Assembly (NCBI GenBank): GCA_964036045.1
Contig: OZ038378.1
Location: forward strand, 2,480,001-2,544,000
From: Eutreptiella sp. 'Long Island Sound 2002'
Lineage: Eukaryota > Protista > Euglenida
Length of the DNA: 64,000 nucleotides
Direction: 5' to 3'
The position numbers were made by a program, and so were the translations under genes. Within the stretch, counting starts at the first letter, position 1. Each line of letters starts with the position of its first letter. A model generated the notes under the pieces. The model was not told the origin of the DNA. It did no database searches and saw only the letters and a list, made by a program, of their open reading frames with translations. Positions 49,901 through 62,969 of the stretch are shown piece after piece.

Positions 49901-52900
49901 CCAAGGATCCGTGGTATGTGTTTTTGGGTGATGGAGCCTTTAGTGCAAGGCAACAAGTTATGGCACAGGCTTGTGAACCTCCTTTTGTGGCATTGCCTCA
50001 TGCGGCAACAACGATGATGGGCATGGTTGTCATCGTTCAGCCATCAAACAATTATTTAGGTATGCATGGGCTTGGTCCCTTTTTCACAACATGTATGTTT
50101 GCAAGAGGGGCATGGCGCTGAGGCATATGAGAAGTGCCTCAGTGTTCTGCTACAAATTGTTGCATTTTTTTTGCATAGGAAGTGGAAATTTGCACTATGC
50201 CCTCACGGACTTCGTGCTTGTCCTAGACTTTAAAGCTAGACTTCAAATGTGTTGTGTTCGACAGCCTCCATTGTAAAATACCAAGATGGGGATGCTTGCT
50301 GACATTATTTCATGGTGTCCATGTGGGTGGTCAGATCACCGTGACATACCATGAAGTACCGTTCCGTAGCTTCAAAATGAGCCCGAGCTAATCTTCTACC
50401 TCAATGATATGTTTGAGCAGTGCCTCCGAATCCGCCACAAAAGCAAAATTGCCATTTTTGGCAAAAATGCCAAACCTGTGATTGAACTAGGGCATAATGG
50501 CACCTCCGGTGACACCCCATATCAAGAGAAGCGCCTGGCTTTCGCCTGTAGGGGTTCACACAATGGAGATTCATGCGAGGTCACACAATGAAGATCCAAG
50601 CCAGTTTACACACTGGGTATCCAAAGTGGTGCGCACAATGGACATCCAAGCTGCTTCCCATAATGGAGATCCAAGCCGGTTCAGCCAGTGGAGATCCAAG
50701 GTGGTTCACACCATGTGTAACCGTCCCTGGTAAGTGACCTAAAATTCCACCCACCCCATGTCAAGAGAGGTGCCCGGCCCTTGCATGGAGGGTCAACAAC
50801 AAATGAGTCCAAGGCGGTTCACACACTAGAGATTCAAACTAGGGCATCCCATATAGGGACTTGCCTCCGTACAATTGGAGATTCGATGGTGACTCTTTGC
50901 CCAAAGCACTAGGTCAGAGCGTCCCATACAAACACTTATATGGGTTTTAAAGCTCTACAATTCCGCAACCTGATTTTTTGCGTAGTTGCATGAATGTGGA
51001 ACGCTGATCGCACATTTCAGCAATGGCTGGGTCACACCAACCCTTCCTACCCATTCTCCTTTCGAGATTTTCAGATTCCAAGGTCCACTTCAAGATTCCC
51101 AAAGTAGTTTTGCATACACAGGCGTGCAGGGATGCTGTGGGGGAGATTCCCCCACCTTTGATGTGGTCGCTGTGCAGAGATGTTTCATCTGCACAAGCAA
51201 ATGTGCAGAAGGAAGAGGATGAGTACCGACGGGCGAAGGAGAAGGCCGAAAAGGAAATGCGTGAATACCAGGACAGCAAGAAGATATTGGATAAGGAAAA
51301 GGCAGACCTTGAGCGTGCACAGCGAGCCCTTGAAAAAGAAAAGATGGAATACCAGAAGGCGCTCGAAAATCTAGACAGAGGTATGAAATTCTGGAACCCC
51401 CCTGTCCTTCTGGTAATTCCATTGAAGGCACCGTAGGCGACTGTCAGTTTGAACCCCATTTAAATCCGCTCGACATCAGTGACAACCATCCTGGTCTTAT
51501 GCCCCAAAAAGTAATCGGCGGAAGGGTGCCATCTAGTGCTGAAGCCTCGAGCGGTCTCAGTTTCCATTTATTTGGTTTGGGGGTGGTTTGGGCTTGTTGT
51601 TGTAAGGCTCAGGTACGAACAGGCAAAGCCTGTGGTCACAAATCAGAAATCCCGATTTGTTCCCAATATTTATGCTTCCCAAGACGGTTGATTGGACTTA
51701 TTTGGGCTTTCAGTTTTGGCTTTGGCTGGTTGGATTTTTTGGGGCCTGGATTAGGGCGGCTATCCGGCGCAATTTTTGTGGCAACTGGAGGCATTCCAGC
51801 AGGAGTGGAAGGAGTGAGATTCTTGTTGGGCCCTAGAGTTGGCAGGGGCAGGAGAAACTGAATCACCTTGAAGCGAAGTTGTTCGATCAAGCGCAGGAAT
51901 GGGCGCCATTTACCCCACTTTTTGGGGTCATTCGCCAAACATACCCCAATCAATGATATCCGGTGTCTGACCGATTGTATAATCAATTATCATTTTGGGG
52001 GACAAAAATCCTCCCCAAAGAATTTTTCCATTTTGACGTCCCCGCATACCTATCTCCAAGTTTCCCAGATTGGCCCCCCTATGGGGCCCTTCCAGTGAGG
52101 ACACTGTGTTTTTGAGGCCGGCATGATTTGGCTGACAAGTTACGACTTCGGGGTGACCACTGTCGACACCCGGGGACCCTTGGGCCGTTGTTGGGTGATC
52201 ATTTGGTCACAACGATCACCCAACAACCCAACAATAACCTGGGAGTAATCATAAAGTCATGGGAAGCCATGTAGCACCAGCTAGGCCCTCGCAGTGGCCA
52301 CTACGTGGGTCCCCATGGGTGCTCAAATACTGGTATTGTCACCAAACAATCACCCAAACCTATCCCAAGGCCGACCAAAGGGTTTCGGAAAAATTCGAAT
52401 TTTACAAATTCTATTGCCTTCGGCAAGTCCACCTCGCAGAGAATCTACTCCAAGGAACGCACACACAAAATAGGGGAAAAACGACATAAATACGGCCTAA
52501 AACGTGCTTTACATAGCTTGTATGGTCATTTTAGGTGATCACAATATAAAAAACCAAGTTTCGAAAACTTGGATTTTTGAGCTGCCCAGGGTGAAAAACT
52601 GCAGAAGCAGGTTGTGTACCCATCCCTTGGGAGACCCGCCCCCCGGCGCGCCCAGTACCCAAATAGGGTGAAAAACTACGGGGGGGGGTGTGGGGGGGGT
52701 GTCGGGGGGAAAGGTGTGGGGGGAAAAGGTGTGCGGGGGAACGGTGTGGGGGGGTGTGGTGTGGGGGGGGGTGGGGTGTGTGTGGGGGTGGTGGTGTGGC
52801 GTGTGTGGGTGGGTGTGGGTGGGTGTGTGTGGTATCCTGTGTGGCAGCCAAGAGGGACGAGCTAGTTGGGACTAAGTCGCTTCTAGGCTCGCCCTCCTGT

Positions 52901-55003
52901 GCACCCTGCCGGGCGCCCTCCATCCCACTTTGGCCAGCCCCACTGGCGCAATCCCCGCTCACGGTGCCAGGGGCACCATCACCTGCACTGGCACTTCCGA
53001 TCCAGGCACCCTCCATGCCTTATGACCGCAAGGTAGAACTCACGTCGGCCCAACTTCCTGCCGCGGACCTTTGTACATAGGCCAATGGCCGCAAAAAGGA
53101 GACATACCCGAAATTGCCGTTGTTTAGGCTATTTTGTGGCACTGGAAAATTTTCGAAATTTTGCTTTTTTCCGAAACCCTTCTGTCGCCTCTGGAATGGG
53201 TTTGGGTGGTCATTTGGTGAGGATGTAGGTATTTCAGCACTCATAAGGACCTGGGGCTCTTCTCTCGTCTCTCTTTGAGGTGCCTTGCCAAAGCCAATAG
53301 AATTTTGCTGGTGTTGTATGGTTTGATCTGCAGAAAAGAAGGATCTGGATGAAGCGAAGGCCAGACAGAGGAAGGAACAAATGGAAGCCGAGGCTGCTGC
53401 AAAGCGAGCCAAAAAGGAGGAAGAAGAGTATTTGGCTGCCAAGCAGGAGGCTGAGCAGCAGCGCTTAGAGTTTGAGGTACGCTGTGGGAACGGCGGTGGT
53501 TTTTTCCCCGCATTACAGCCGTTCTGCTGAGAAGCAGCCATACGTGTGTCACGTGGTTCAATTGCAACTCGTGCAATTCAGGCTGCGAAGAAGCAGGCAG
53601 AGCAAGATAGTCAGGGCATGAACGGAAAGCTGCAGGAGAAACTTGCAGAGCAGGAGCGCCAGATGCTGGAAGCACAGGAGAAGGCTCGCAAGGAGCAGGA
53701 GGAATTTATGAATGCTATGAAGCAAAAAAGGTACGGCTGATATTATTATGCCTTCTGTGCCTAGGATAGAATGATTGGTTGCCTCTGGTCATTCTGCTCA
53801 TGCGTTTTTCTTGCAGTGTTTGCCTGCTTTGCTTCCAGCTGCATGGCAGCTTGTGACACCACTTTCAATAACAGTTGTTAATTGCCCACACCATCACATA
53901 GCTCGGAGCAGGTATGGATGCGGTGCAGGGCACGCATGGATGTGTTGCGCAACTAATGTGGTGGTGATGCGAATTTTTAATGTGATTTTAAGAGTAAAAA
54001 TTGCCACAAAAGTTTTTCCGCTTGTCCCTCTCTTCTTAACTGATCACTGTCCCCAAACAGCAGGAGATTGCTGTGTGTGGTCACATGCTCCCCAGGCTTG
54101 TTTCATTTCATCCCAGGGCTGCCTGTTCAGTTTGATCATCGCTCACCAGTGGCTCTGAGGGTACAACAGAATGCCAGCAGTGAGGGCCCTTGTGGATTTG
54201 TCCTTACCGCGTAGCCTATCTTTAGTCTCACTGTTCCCATGCGAGACGAGGGCGCAGCTTGTCATGGCAGTCCTGGGTATTGCAAGCTCAGCATTATCCT
54301 CCTCTCTGTAGTGTCTGTAGTGTAGAGTTGGGGTGGCGGCAAATATTTGACAGGTGTGAGGGGCGGAGTGGTTTCCAAGCACGCAGAAGCCACTCATTTA
54401 ATGCACTGAAGGAGCCTACATGCTGCATTGTGAAGCGTACGCCATACACACTGTATTTGGTCAGATCAACGCAGACCATCTCCTCTGCAAAAGGCAACAC
54501 AAGAATGCCAGATGTTTTTGCAGGCAACTCCTCTCAGCTGCACCCAGGGTGTCACACCCCATCCTTTACTGAGCATTGCTCGTGTTAGATGGAATAATCC
54601 TGGGAGAAATATGAATGAATACTTGTGCTTGTGTCTTAAATGATGTGGCTGTCCCCAGATCGCGCTTCTCTGCAGGATTTTACAACGAAGGCAATGTAGC
54701 ACCACCTTGTGATGTATATTACCCTGGATCCCAACCCCGAATCCTGTCTGGCTTTGTTCATTGAGCCAAGAATAGGGCATGAATAATTGTGCTTGTCTCT
54801 TGCATGATTTTTAAACTACTTTTGTCTAAAACCTAATTTGCTTCAGCAAAGAAGAGAGCGATTTGCAACACGCGAATGAAGCCGTGAGGAAAGAAAGAGG
54901 CGAGTGGGAGGCTGCAAAAGCAGCTGCTGCAAAGGAGAGAGAGGATGTGGAAAACGCCAAGGCCAAGTTGGAAAAAGAGAAAGAAGAGGCAATGAAGGCT
55001 CAG
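46970..55003 (+). CDS. Multi-exon E/K/A-rich coiled-coil protein (partial)
   Basis: GT-AG exons 47734-47931, 49005-49120, 51178-51380, 53334-53476, 53582-53730 and 54847-55003 join with consistent phases (0,2,1,0,2) into one open frame. A probable first exon MSAYKFSPR... starts at 46970 after CTCTTTTTGTCAG (less certain). The 3' exons were not found. Confidence 0.85.
50556..50850. repeat. Degenerate ~27-bp tandem repeat (GGTTCACACAATGGAGATCCAAG-like) in an intron
   Basis: CACAATGGAGATCCAAG-like motif recurs. Confidence 0.6.
52680..52830 (+). repeat. G-run/GT-rich low-complexity tract (G-quadruplex potential) in an intron
   Basis: Many runs of 4-9 G separated by short T/GT linkers. Confidence 0.7.
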
Positions 55004-55610
55004 GTGTTTGTCTTTGCTTCAGTGTTCTGAATGCTGAGAAATCTGAAAGTCATTAGAACCAGGGCCAAAATAGGCCTGCATGGATGCATGTTTTCTGTGT
55101 GTGTGTGTATGTGTGTGTGTGTGTGAATGACATGCGCAGGGCAACGCCGTGATACTGACCTCAGTTGGCCTCTCTATGCACCTCCACCCTCACTGTCCCT
55201 CAGAAAGGCGCCTAGCCCTCAAACAACCACAACTGCTTTGTTTTGATTGTTGGCCTGGCGATTTGTGCCTGCCTGCTTTCGCATCACAGATGGTCGTGCA
55301 ATCGCCACATTGTTACACAGCAGAAATCTCAACAGAAAACACTCGCATTCCCTAAATGCAACCAACATGCGTCTTTTCTTTAGCTTGATACCCCACTAGC
55401 ATCAAGAGAGAGGAGGCGAAGAATTAATAGAATACCTGTGGCTGCCCGGTTACCACGTGCTTGCACCTCATGCTGCGTGACCTTCATAGGAGGATGAGAC
55501 CAGAAATGTGTGCTAGTGAAGCTCTCCTCCTCCTCTCCACAACTACTTCGCAACAGGCAATGTTGTCCCACATCCTGTTGAAAGATAATGGCACTATCCC
55601 TGGTATCATC

Positions 55611-55674
55611 CTCAAAATTGAAGAGCCTTGCCCCCAAGGGGTCTCAAAATTGAAGAGCCTTGCCCCCAAGGGGT
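55611..55674. repeat. Exact 32-bp tandem duplication
   Basis: CTCAAAATTGAAGAGCCTTGCCCCCAAGGGGT x2. Confidence 0.95.
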
Positions 55675-55699
55675 GAATTGTTGGGTACATGCACACAAA

Positions 55700-56450
55700 T
55701 TATCCACACATACACCATTGAAAAGGCACAGCCACGGCAGCCGATTGTCACACATATTTGGAGCACCATTGCACCAAACGGGCTGAAGCAATTCAAGACA
55801 ACACCTTGTACAAACCGTTCGGACATTACTTGCCTCAGGCGGCACTGGACACACTTAATTGGGCTTATGCCCCTGGGATGGACGGGTTTACGCCAGACAT
55901 CTATCAAAAATTTAATTTGCACTACTGTGAATTCGGTGGCAGCCACCCTGACACTTGGGCATGTCCACTGCTTAACCTAATCCCCAACATTGTGGCCCCC
56001 CACAACGGATGACCGAAGGCCGCTACTCTGCACAGCTCTTGCTTGAAATGGATTGCATTCATTACCTCAGCATGCTACAGCTCAAAGACCTGATCTTGCA
56101 TCTCACCTTTGTTGAATAGCGAGGCTTTGTTCCAGGTTAGAGAATGCATTGCCATCCGTGGTTCATTTTGGAGGGAAATGGAACTTGTGTCCCTTTGAAA
56201 AAGCCTTTGATTCAATTTCCCATAACTTTGCACAAGCCTTGTTGAGCAAATAGGCTTATTGCCACATCTAACTAACAAACTTTTGTGTTCTTATATCCAA
56301 CCCTCAAACAAGGCCACAAACGGCGGCCTCTCGCCTCCTTCTTTATTCTGTGTCTTCATCTCGCCCATCAATCAAAGCATTCCACATGTACTAAGCAGTT
56401 ACAATCCTGCTTCATGCAAATCATATCATGCTTGTGTTCAACGGTTCCCC
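55700..56450 (+). mobile_element. Highly degenerate non-LTR RT remnant
   Basis: APGMDGFTPDIYQKF (~55870), FEKAFDSISH (~56195) and GGLSPPSLF (~56320) occur in RT order. Confidence 0.7.
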
Positions 56451-57186
56451 GGCAGCATGTATCACCATGATCCAACAATGCATAGTGGTCCTCGATGGTT
56501 TTGCCCACTTTGCATAGTTGGCCATCAATTTTGGAAAATCAGCGTGAGTCCCCCTGAAGGACTTTGGATGGCTTGCCTTGTCCACCAGGGACACCAGAGT
56601 TGACTGCTCGAACAAATACGGTTCTTCTCTGCGTCCCAGATGGTAGACAGCCATGCGCAAAGCTACTGGGTATAAATCTTCCAATTGCAAACGTAAGTGT
56701 TGTTCCACAGCGACCAAATCCCCATGGTGTCCATGAAAGGCGCCAAGTACCCCTTAGGATAGCACACGCACGATCTGCGCACCAGGAACCCACCCTCCTC
56801 GCCGGGGGACTTCGACGATGACGAGATTGTACTTCAGCATTTTGATCTCATTGGGCACCGCGGTCACTGATCCATCGTACGCCCAAATCACCTCGAAGAA
56901 AGGTTGTTAGATCAAGCGCAGGCGCGTGCGTCGTATACCCCCCCCTTTTTGGGGTCATTCGCGTAGCATACCCCAAGGCATGATATTGGATGTCCAACCC
57001 CTTGTAAAATCATTATTTTGCCCAATAAGACCATCCCCCAATGGATGTTTTGATTCTGAGGCCCCTATCCGCTAAAACTGGATGTCACTTTTTTGAGGGG
57101 GGGGGTGGGGGGTGGGGGGAGGTCAAAAGTTTTCGTTCAGAAGGCTCCAAGCAGTGGGGAAGCTTATCGCTATTGCACAACCGCCG

Positions 57187-57347
57187 GTCGAATGGTAACG
57201 CAGCGAACGCAAAGATTTTGGTCGGCGGTTTAAATCCTGGTCGGTTGACTGTTGGCGGCGGCGGCGGCGGTGGCGGCGCCGTATTCACCCGACCAGGGTT
57301 TGAATCACCGACCAAAAAGACTCCAGTCAGCAGCATTACCATTCAGC
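57187..57347. mobile_element. Palindromic element made of two tail-to-tail tRNA-like arms (copy 2)
   Basis: GTCGAATGGTAACGCAG...GGTCGGCGGTTTAAATCCTGGTCG, then a (GGC)n spacer, then the inverted arm CGACCAGGGTTTGAATCACCGACC...CATTACCATTCAGC. Confidence 0.6.
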
Positions 57348-57867
57348 TAGTGCTTGGTTTGAGGTGAAAGGTCTTCCCACTGCTTGGGGCCGCGTCTGCC
57401 ACAGACAAAAAACCGAAACTGTGTGTTTCTGTCTCACTGAGTGCTGGCATGGCTAAGGGAATGATTGGCTGACTGTCAACCTCTCTTCGAGGTGCACTGC
57501 CGAAGGCAATAGAATTTTCCCAGATTCTGAGCCCTTGCCGACATTGACCTTTGCCACCTCGCCACCAAACACCTCAATAGTCGGGTTCAACACTGGTCTG
57601 ACAAGCAGTCCGCGATGTGCTTCGGCATCTTCTCGATCGCCGACCCACAGACCTGCCTTCAACAGTGCCTGGAGCGGTGGCCATGGCGTGGACTCACTGT
57701 ACTCCCAGCTCCCTTGCCATGCACCAAAATTCGCTAGACGGTGACTAATTTTCTTCGAGATGCGAGCCACTTCAGCCTTAGTGCCGGTGTGCACAGGAGC
57801 CAGAGAGGAGAGCACGTTGCCACAGGATCCAGCGATCCACCAAGTCACAAAGATCTGGCACAACATA

Positions 57868-58400
57868 AATTTGCATCCCATGCGATCCTGGGCTGTGTAG
57901 AGCTCAGTACTCTCAAATTGGTAATATGACGGCTGAAATTGGACAATGTGCTTGATCTGGGCTGTGCAGAGCCCAGCATGAACAAAATGGAGAATTAGGG
58001 GGTGTCTTGGGGGGGCCCTTGGGCGTCATCAGGCAAGGTTGCACCCGTTAACATCAGTGAAGTTGCGGAAGTTCCAACAGGCACAGCGTCTCTGTAGATC
58101 CAGTGAATTTGCATCCCATGGGATCCTGGGCTCTGCAGAGCCCAGTACTCTCAAATTGGTGATATGACAGCTGAAATTGGACAATGTGCTTGATCTGGGT
58201 CTGCAGAGCCCAGCATGAACAAAATGGAGAATTAGGGGGTGTCTCGGGGGGGGGTCCTTGGACGTCATCAAGCAAGGTTGCACCAGCCAACATCAATGAA
58301 GTTGCGGAAGTTCGAATAGGCACAGCGTCTTTGTAGATCCAGTGAATTTGCATCCCATGGGATCTTGGGCTCTGCAGAGCCCAGCAAACTGAAATTGCTT
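57868..58400. repeat. ~239-bp tandem repeat (~2.2 copies), each unit carrying two copies of a 20-bp palindrome
   Basis: AATTTGCATCCCATG recurs at 57868, 58106 and 58345. CTGGGCTCTGCAGAGCCCAG is perfect at 58126-58145. Confidence 0.92.
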
Positions 58401-61399
58401 GGTGTCACACTGAAATTGGTCATTACACTTCATCTAGGCTCCCTGTCGCAGCGGCCCATTGAATTGGAGTTGCAATGTCTCACAACGAAAGGCAACAGGC
58501 TTACAAGGCAGTAGCACACGTCTTGAAGGGAGGATGCGCTCAACCGGCATGTCGATACCATCAAAGGGAAGATTCACCGATTTGCTAAATACCTCGGGGG
58601 TCCAATATTGTAACATGTCCCCCATATGGGCGATTATGTAGCAAATGATGCTCTGCGCACAAGCCACACAAAATTGGGACATAACGTTGACTTGGCACTG
58701 GTGGGTCCCGCCAACTCAAAACGGTTAGAAATCCTTTTGGCTCCATGCAGCTTAATTGCCTGCATTGGATCCATGGGTGGTAGCGGCCGAAGGGAACACC
58801 CTTGACGCCGTGTTGTTTGACTGTTGGATCCTCCCAGTCATCTCCCTCCCATCATGTATAGTTCACCGGCCCACAAGGCCAATCCAATTGACAAGCAACT
58901 CCAACCCTTACCTCTTATTTGCGCATCATCCTCCCCCAATACTCCTTAGCCCCATGGAAGGCCTCCTATCATCTCCACGAATAGTAGCCATACCTTAAAC
59001 CCCTTCGCATACAAACCCCAATCGAGGTTGTCATTGCAAATAGCCTCTACTCACCTTGTCTTTTGCAAACGTCGTACCCCCCAATGCAGTGGCAATTTGG
59101 GGAGGATTAGGGTACAATGCCAACTAGCATGATGGTGAGCAAAAGCAGGCAGGGAAAAAGGCTCTAAGATTGGTGCAAAGAGCTGTGGGGTGCTTGGGTG
59201 AAAGGCCAAGGTTGTGTTGGCATTGCCGATTATTGGGAAGAAGAAGGTCTACTGCGAGTTCACGTGTAGTTGGTGGCTGCCAACATGTGGCATGTTGCTT
59301 GGAGAATGCTCTTCTTGCGGCGCCTGCTGCGCGCCATGCGGCGCGCAGTTTGGGAAACTTGCCTAATTTGTGGAGCTTTTTAGATTCCACCTTGTTGTGC
59401 TCCCCAGGGCGGGTTGGGGCCCGGTTTTACCATATAGTATGGCCCTTTTATGTAGCCATATTGATCTTTCCCTACCATGGGGACCTCGAGAAGGCACGGG
59501 TTATGTTACGGGGTGTCAACCCGGGGGCAGGGGTTAGGTAGCCACTATGCCCACATGTGGGCCATTTCTGATTTTGTCCCCGTGCTGAGCATTGGGAGCC
59601 ATTGATTTCTCCCCAGTAGCGGGGGACACTTGTTAAATGCAATTGTCAGCCTGCGGACAAGGGGCCTCTGGCGCGGGCTGCCGCCACCACATTGAGCATT
59701 GTGTCCGATCCATCTAATCTTCAGGCGGACCCGCTAGCCTTGCTACGCTAGCGGTGCCCCGCTGAGCAATGAGTGTAGGCGAAGCGTGGAGCCGCGTGAC
59801 CGCCAGCGTTTGGTGGCCGTGTGGCCTTTTGAGAAGCGGAAGTCCCTCTTTCAATTCCTATACATTCTGAAGCACAACCCCGGCTTTGGCAATGCCTCAT
59901 GGGAGATGCACGCAGACAAGTGCGATCGTTTGGTATGGGAGGAATTTTGGACCTGTCTCGACTACTGCTACTTCTGACCGAGGGAGTAACGCCCCTCCTC
60001 CTTAACCACAATACAAGGGTGAGACTTCCCTACCACGCTTTACACGTTGAGCTGGGGCCGTAGTCTTCACATTGATGGAGCGATGGTGTCAAAAGATCAA
60101 CGTGTGCTATTTCTCAGTTATTTGGTTTGTTTCCGGAACGGTATGCAATAAAACTGGTTTCTCAAACCCTGCGGCGCCTGTGGCGCGCACAAAGCGTTCT
60201 CTTGGCAATTGTACTGGAGGGATCTTTGGGTTCATTTGTGACCTTGTGTGGAAGGAGGAGATGTTGAACCCAGGGACAATGCATTGAAAGCTGCTCTAAT
60301 TGCGATGGGGGATGCCCAAAAAGCTTGCCCCAGTGGTGATGTCATGGGGCAATGTAACAATCATGAAAAATATTCGTACCCCTCAGAACGGGGAAGGGGC
60401 AAGGTATGTGGCTAGGATCTTCTTGGATGCAAACCATTCAAGTATGCTGAACCACAAACTGCCCATGTTTTTGGACCAAAATAGTGATTTTTCACAAACC
60501 CGTAATTTTCTAGAGTTTTTGGCTGCATTTTTCATTAAGTTGCCAAGAAACAAATTTTTCTAGTTACGGTGACGTTCACGTTTTCTGCTCGCTTAAGTCC
60601 TAGGGCATTGATTCATCATTTGTATTTGTTGAAGCTTGTTGAGTTCGGTGAAATTTCGCCCTACATTGGAGTATACGATATATCTATTGGATTCAATTGG
60701 AATTTCGCGTGAAATTCCGTCAAGGCGGCACAAACTTTGCAAACGTGGATGTGTGTTCCTTGTCTATCGGTTGTCACCTACAACAAGATATGAAAACAAC
60801 ATGTAGTGTTGTTGATGGTGCTAAACCTAGTTTCTGCAGTGCCCCGCCAGTTGTGTGCATGAACACAAGAATACCTAGCACTTGTACACCATGTATGGGA
60901 TCTCATTGCGTTCGGCGCGTTGACAGTGACGTCTCCCGTCCAAGGTCCAACGCTGGTTGCGATCAAAGCCCACTTTGTGCGAGCCTTGCAGGCTACAAAA
61001 AACACGGTTCATTGTATGCAAAGCAAAGGCCGCGTGGATTTGGTTGCACAACATGCCAGTGTGGCACCCATGCTTGCAGGAGGTCAAGGATACCCAAAAA
61101 TTAGAGAAGAAGGCTACGAAGAAGGCAACTAGCCTTTGAAAACTTGTTTTGTGGATGCTCATCTACTGGCGGTGGAGTGTTGTACTCACCAAAACGCCAT
61201 TGTCTACGTAGAGCGGCCTAGCATTTTGACCAACATTGGTGGCCACTAGAGGGAGGCTCTCACGTAGGTGCTGCACATTACTACCAAGTAGACGAGTTGT
61301 GAACAAAGTAGCGCTCATCCACATTGTCTTGGTAGGGTTGCACTTGAAAATAGAGGATGTTGATTTCAAAGTGCGCAGTAATTTGCCGCAAGGTTGGTG

Positions 61400-62350
61400 T
61401 ACCGCGTGAGGTGGCAACGAGAAAGATTTTTGTAAGGTTGACCTATTGGAAACAGCGAGCTTGTTTGACAAGACATGGCCAAAAGATCTAAAGTTTGAGA
61501 AGTCCGAAGTGAAGACAAAATTGGTAGGCATTCCACAACGTTTTTGCAAGTGATCCGGACAAGTTTGCGCTCTTTGGTGGCCGCACGCTGTAGGTTGCCC
61601 CTCTACTACGGTCACACTTAGGGCACATCAAAATGGCTCATTGCCATTATTATTAGGTCAAGGCGTTTGGTGCAATGCAGAAGGATTGATTGTGCTTGCC
61701 CTTCCTACAAGATGCCGCCCCACTGCTATCGATTTCAGTGTCCCAAAGTACTACCAAGTGTGTGAACTGCATCCTAAAAGTGATTGCACGAGATTTGCGG
61801 CACCTTCTAGCAAATACTGCAATGGAAGATGGACTAGTGGTGCACTTGTCGGTTCCCCCTATCCATGAGGCCTCATAGATATTTCGCGCCGCAACGATGC
61901 AATCGTGTGTAGTGAAACGGCGCCATCCTCATCGCCATCAACAATGTATCCTTGCGGACGATGCATGAGGGGACAACACATGTGACTGCGGGAAAGATGC
62001 AACCACCTCATGCAGCTCAGCAGCAATGTTATCAGAGTTGTTTGATGGGACCCTTAGACAATTCGGGCGATGCTTCATCTTGTGCTCCATCCAGTATAGA
62101 ATCGTAAAGATGAATGAGCCTTGGTTGTGAGACCGTCGTGCACGACAGCATGGTTTGGATGTACAAGCGGCCTCATCTACTACTGTATTCCCACCTAGAA
62201 GGCCAGACTTCTTGCGATGGTTGAAGAATTTCCAGCCCACGTTGCAACCGTATTTGCTAGTGTTGAAAAGAAATGGCCGGGAGACTCTCGAAGCGCTACC
62301 AATTCCGACTTCGAAAGACATGTCCAACTGTGGACAGCTGCTTGGACATT
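61400..62350 (+). pseudogene. Possible Mutator/MULE-type transposase remnant
   Basis: A long stop-interrupted frame includes TCDCGKDATTSC (SWIM-like, 61978-62015). No DDE core was recognised. Confidence 0.2.
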
Positions 62351-62969
62351 GAGCTTTGTTGAAATAAGCATTGCAAACTTTAGGATGTTAACCCTCCACA
62401 CCATGTGAATGTTGTTTGTGGGGTACAAATACAAATACGGCCACTAACATCCCACCCAATTAATTTCAATCGGTGTGCCCAAAAAGGTGATGGTCATGCA
62501 TTGCAAAAAAAGTCAACCCCTATTGTACAAGTTGCATGCCTCTTTTCTATTTCTCAAAGTCTATGGTTGGGCGTCACAATGGTGTGTGACGCAGCATCAC
62601 CTAATGAAGATGGGTGGGCTACCATTTTTCAAGCTTGGGAGAGCGCCTTATGACCAATACACAACCACAAGTTCCACAATAGCCGCATTGATCAGCCTGT
62701 GGTGGGAGGGATCGCATCTGGCAGCCATGGGATTGCTGGAGTCTGGCCACAACCCCCCCCCCCCCCCCAGGGCCCAAAAAGTTTACGGTCCTCGGGGGTC
62801 AAAGTGTGAGGTTGATGAGCCCTCCATGCTTGTTGCATTGCTTTGTAAACACATCATGTTTCAAGTACACATTGGTAACCATCGTGATTTTCCCCCAAGG
62901 TTGGGGACTCTCCCATGCTAGCTATTATCTAGTGGGGGCAAACAGCAGCGCACCAACTCCCATAGCTGG

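Noticed and set aside
56421-56900. Possible DIRS RNase H or tyrosine recombinase fragment on minus
   Set aside because: Only vague partial motifs. Another frame looks equally like a LINE RT piece (KSPGEEG), so it cannot be assigned.
57868-58400. CRISPR-like array, suggested by the regularly spaced palindromes
   Set aside because: The intervening sequences are themselves repeated rather than unique spacers, there are no cas genes, and the context is eukaryotic.
59780-60060. Exon or LINE fragment (RSFGMGGILDL)
   Set aside because: A single short motif with no supporting splice sites or neighbouring domains.
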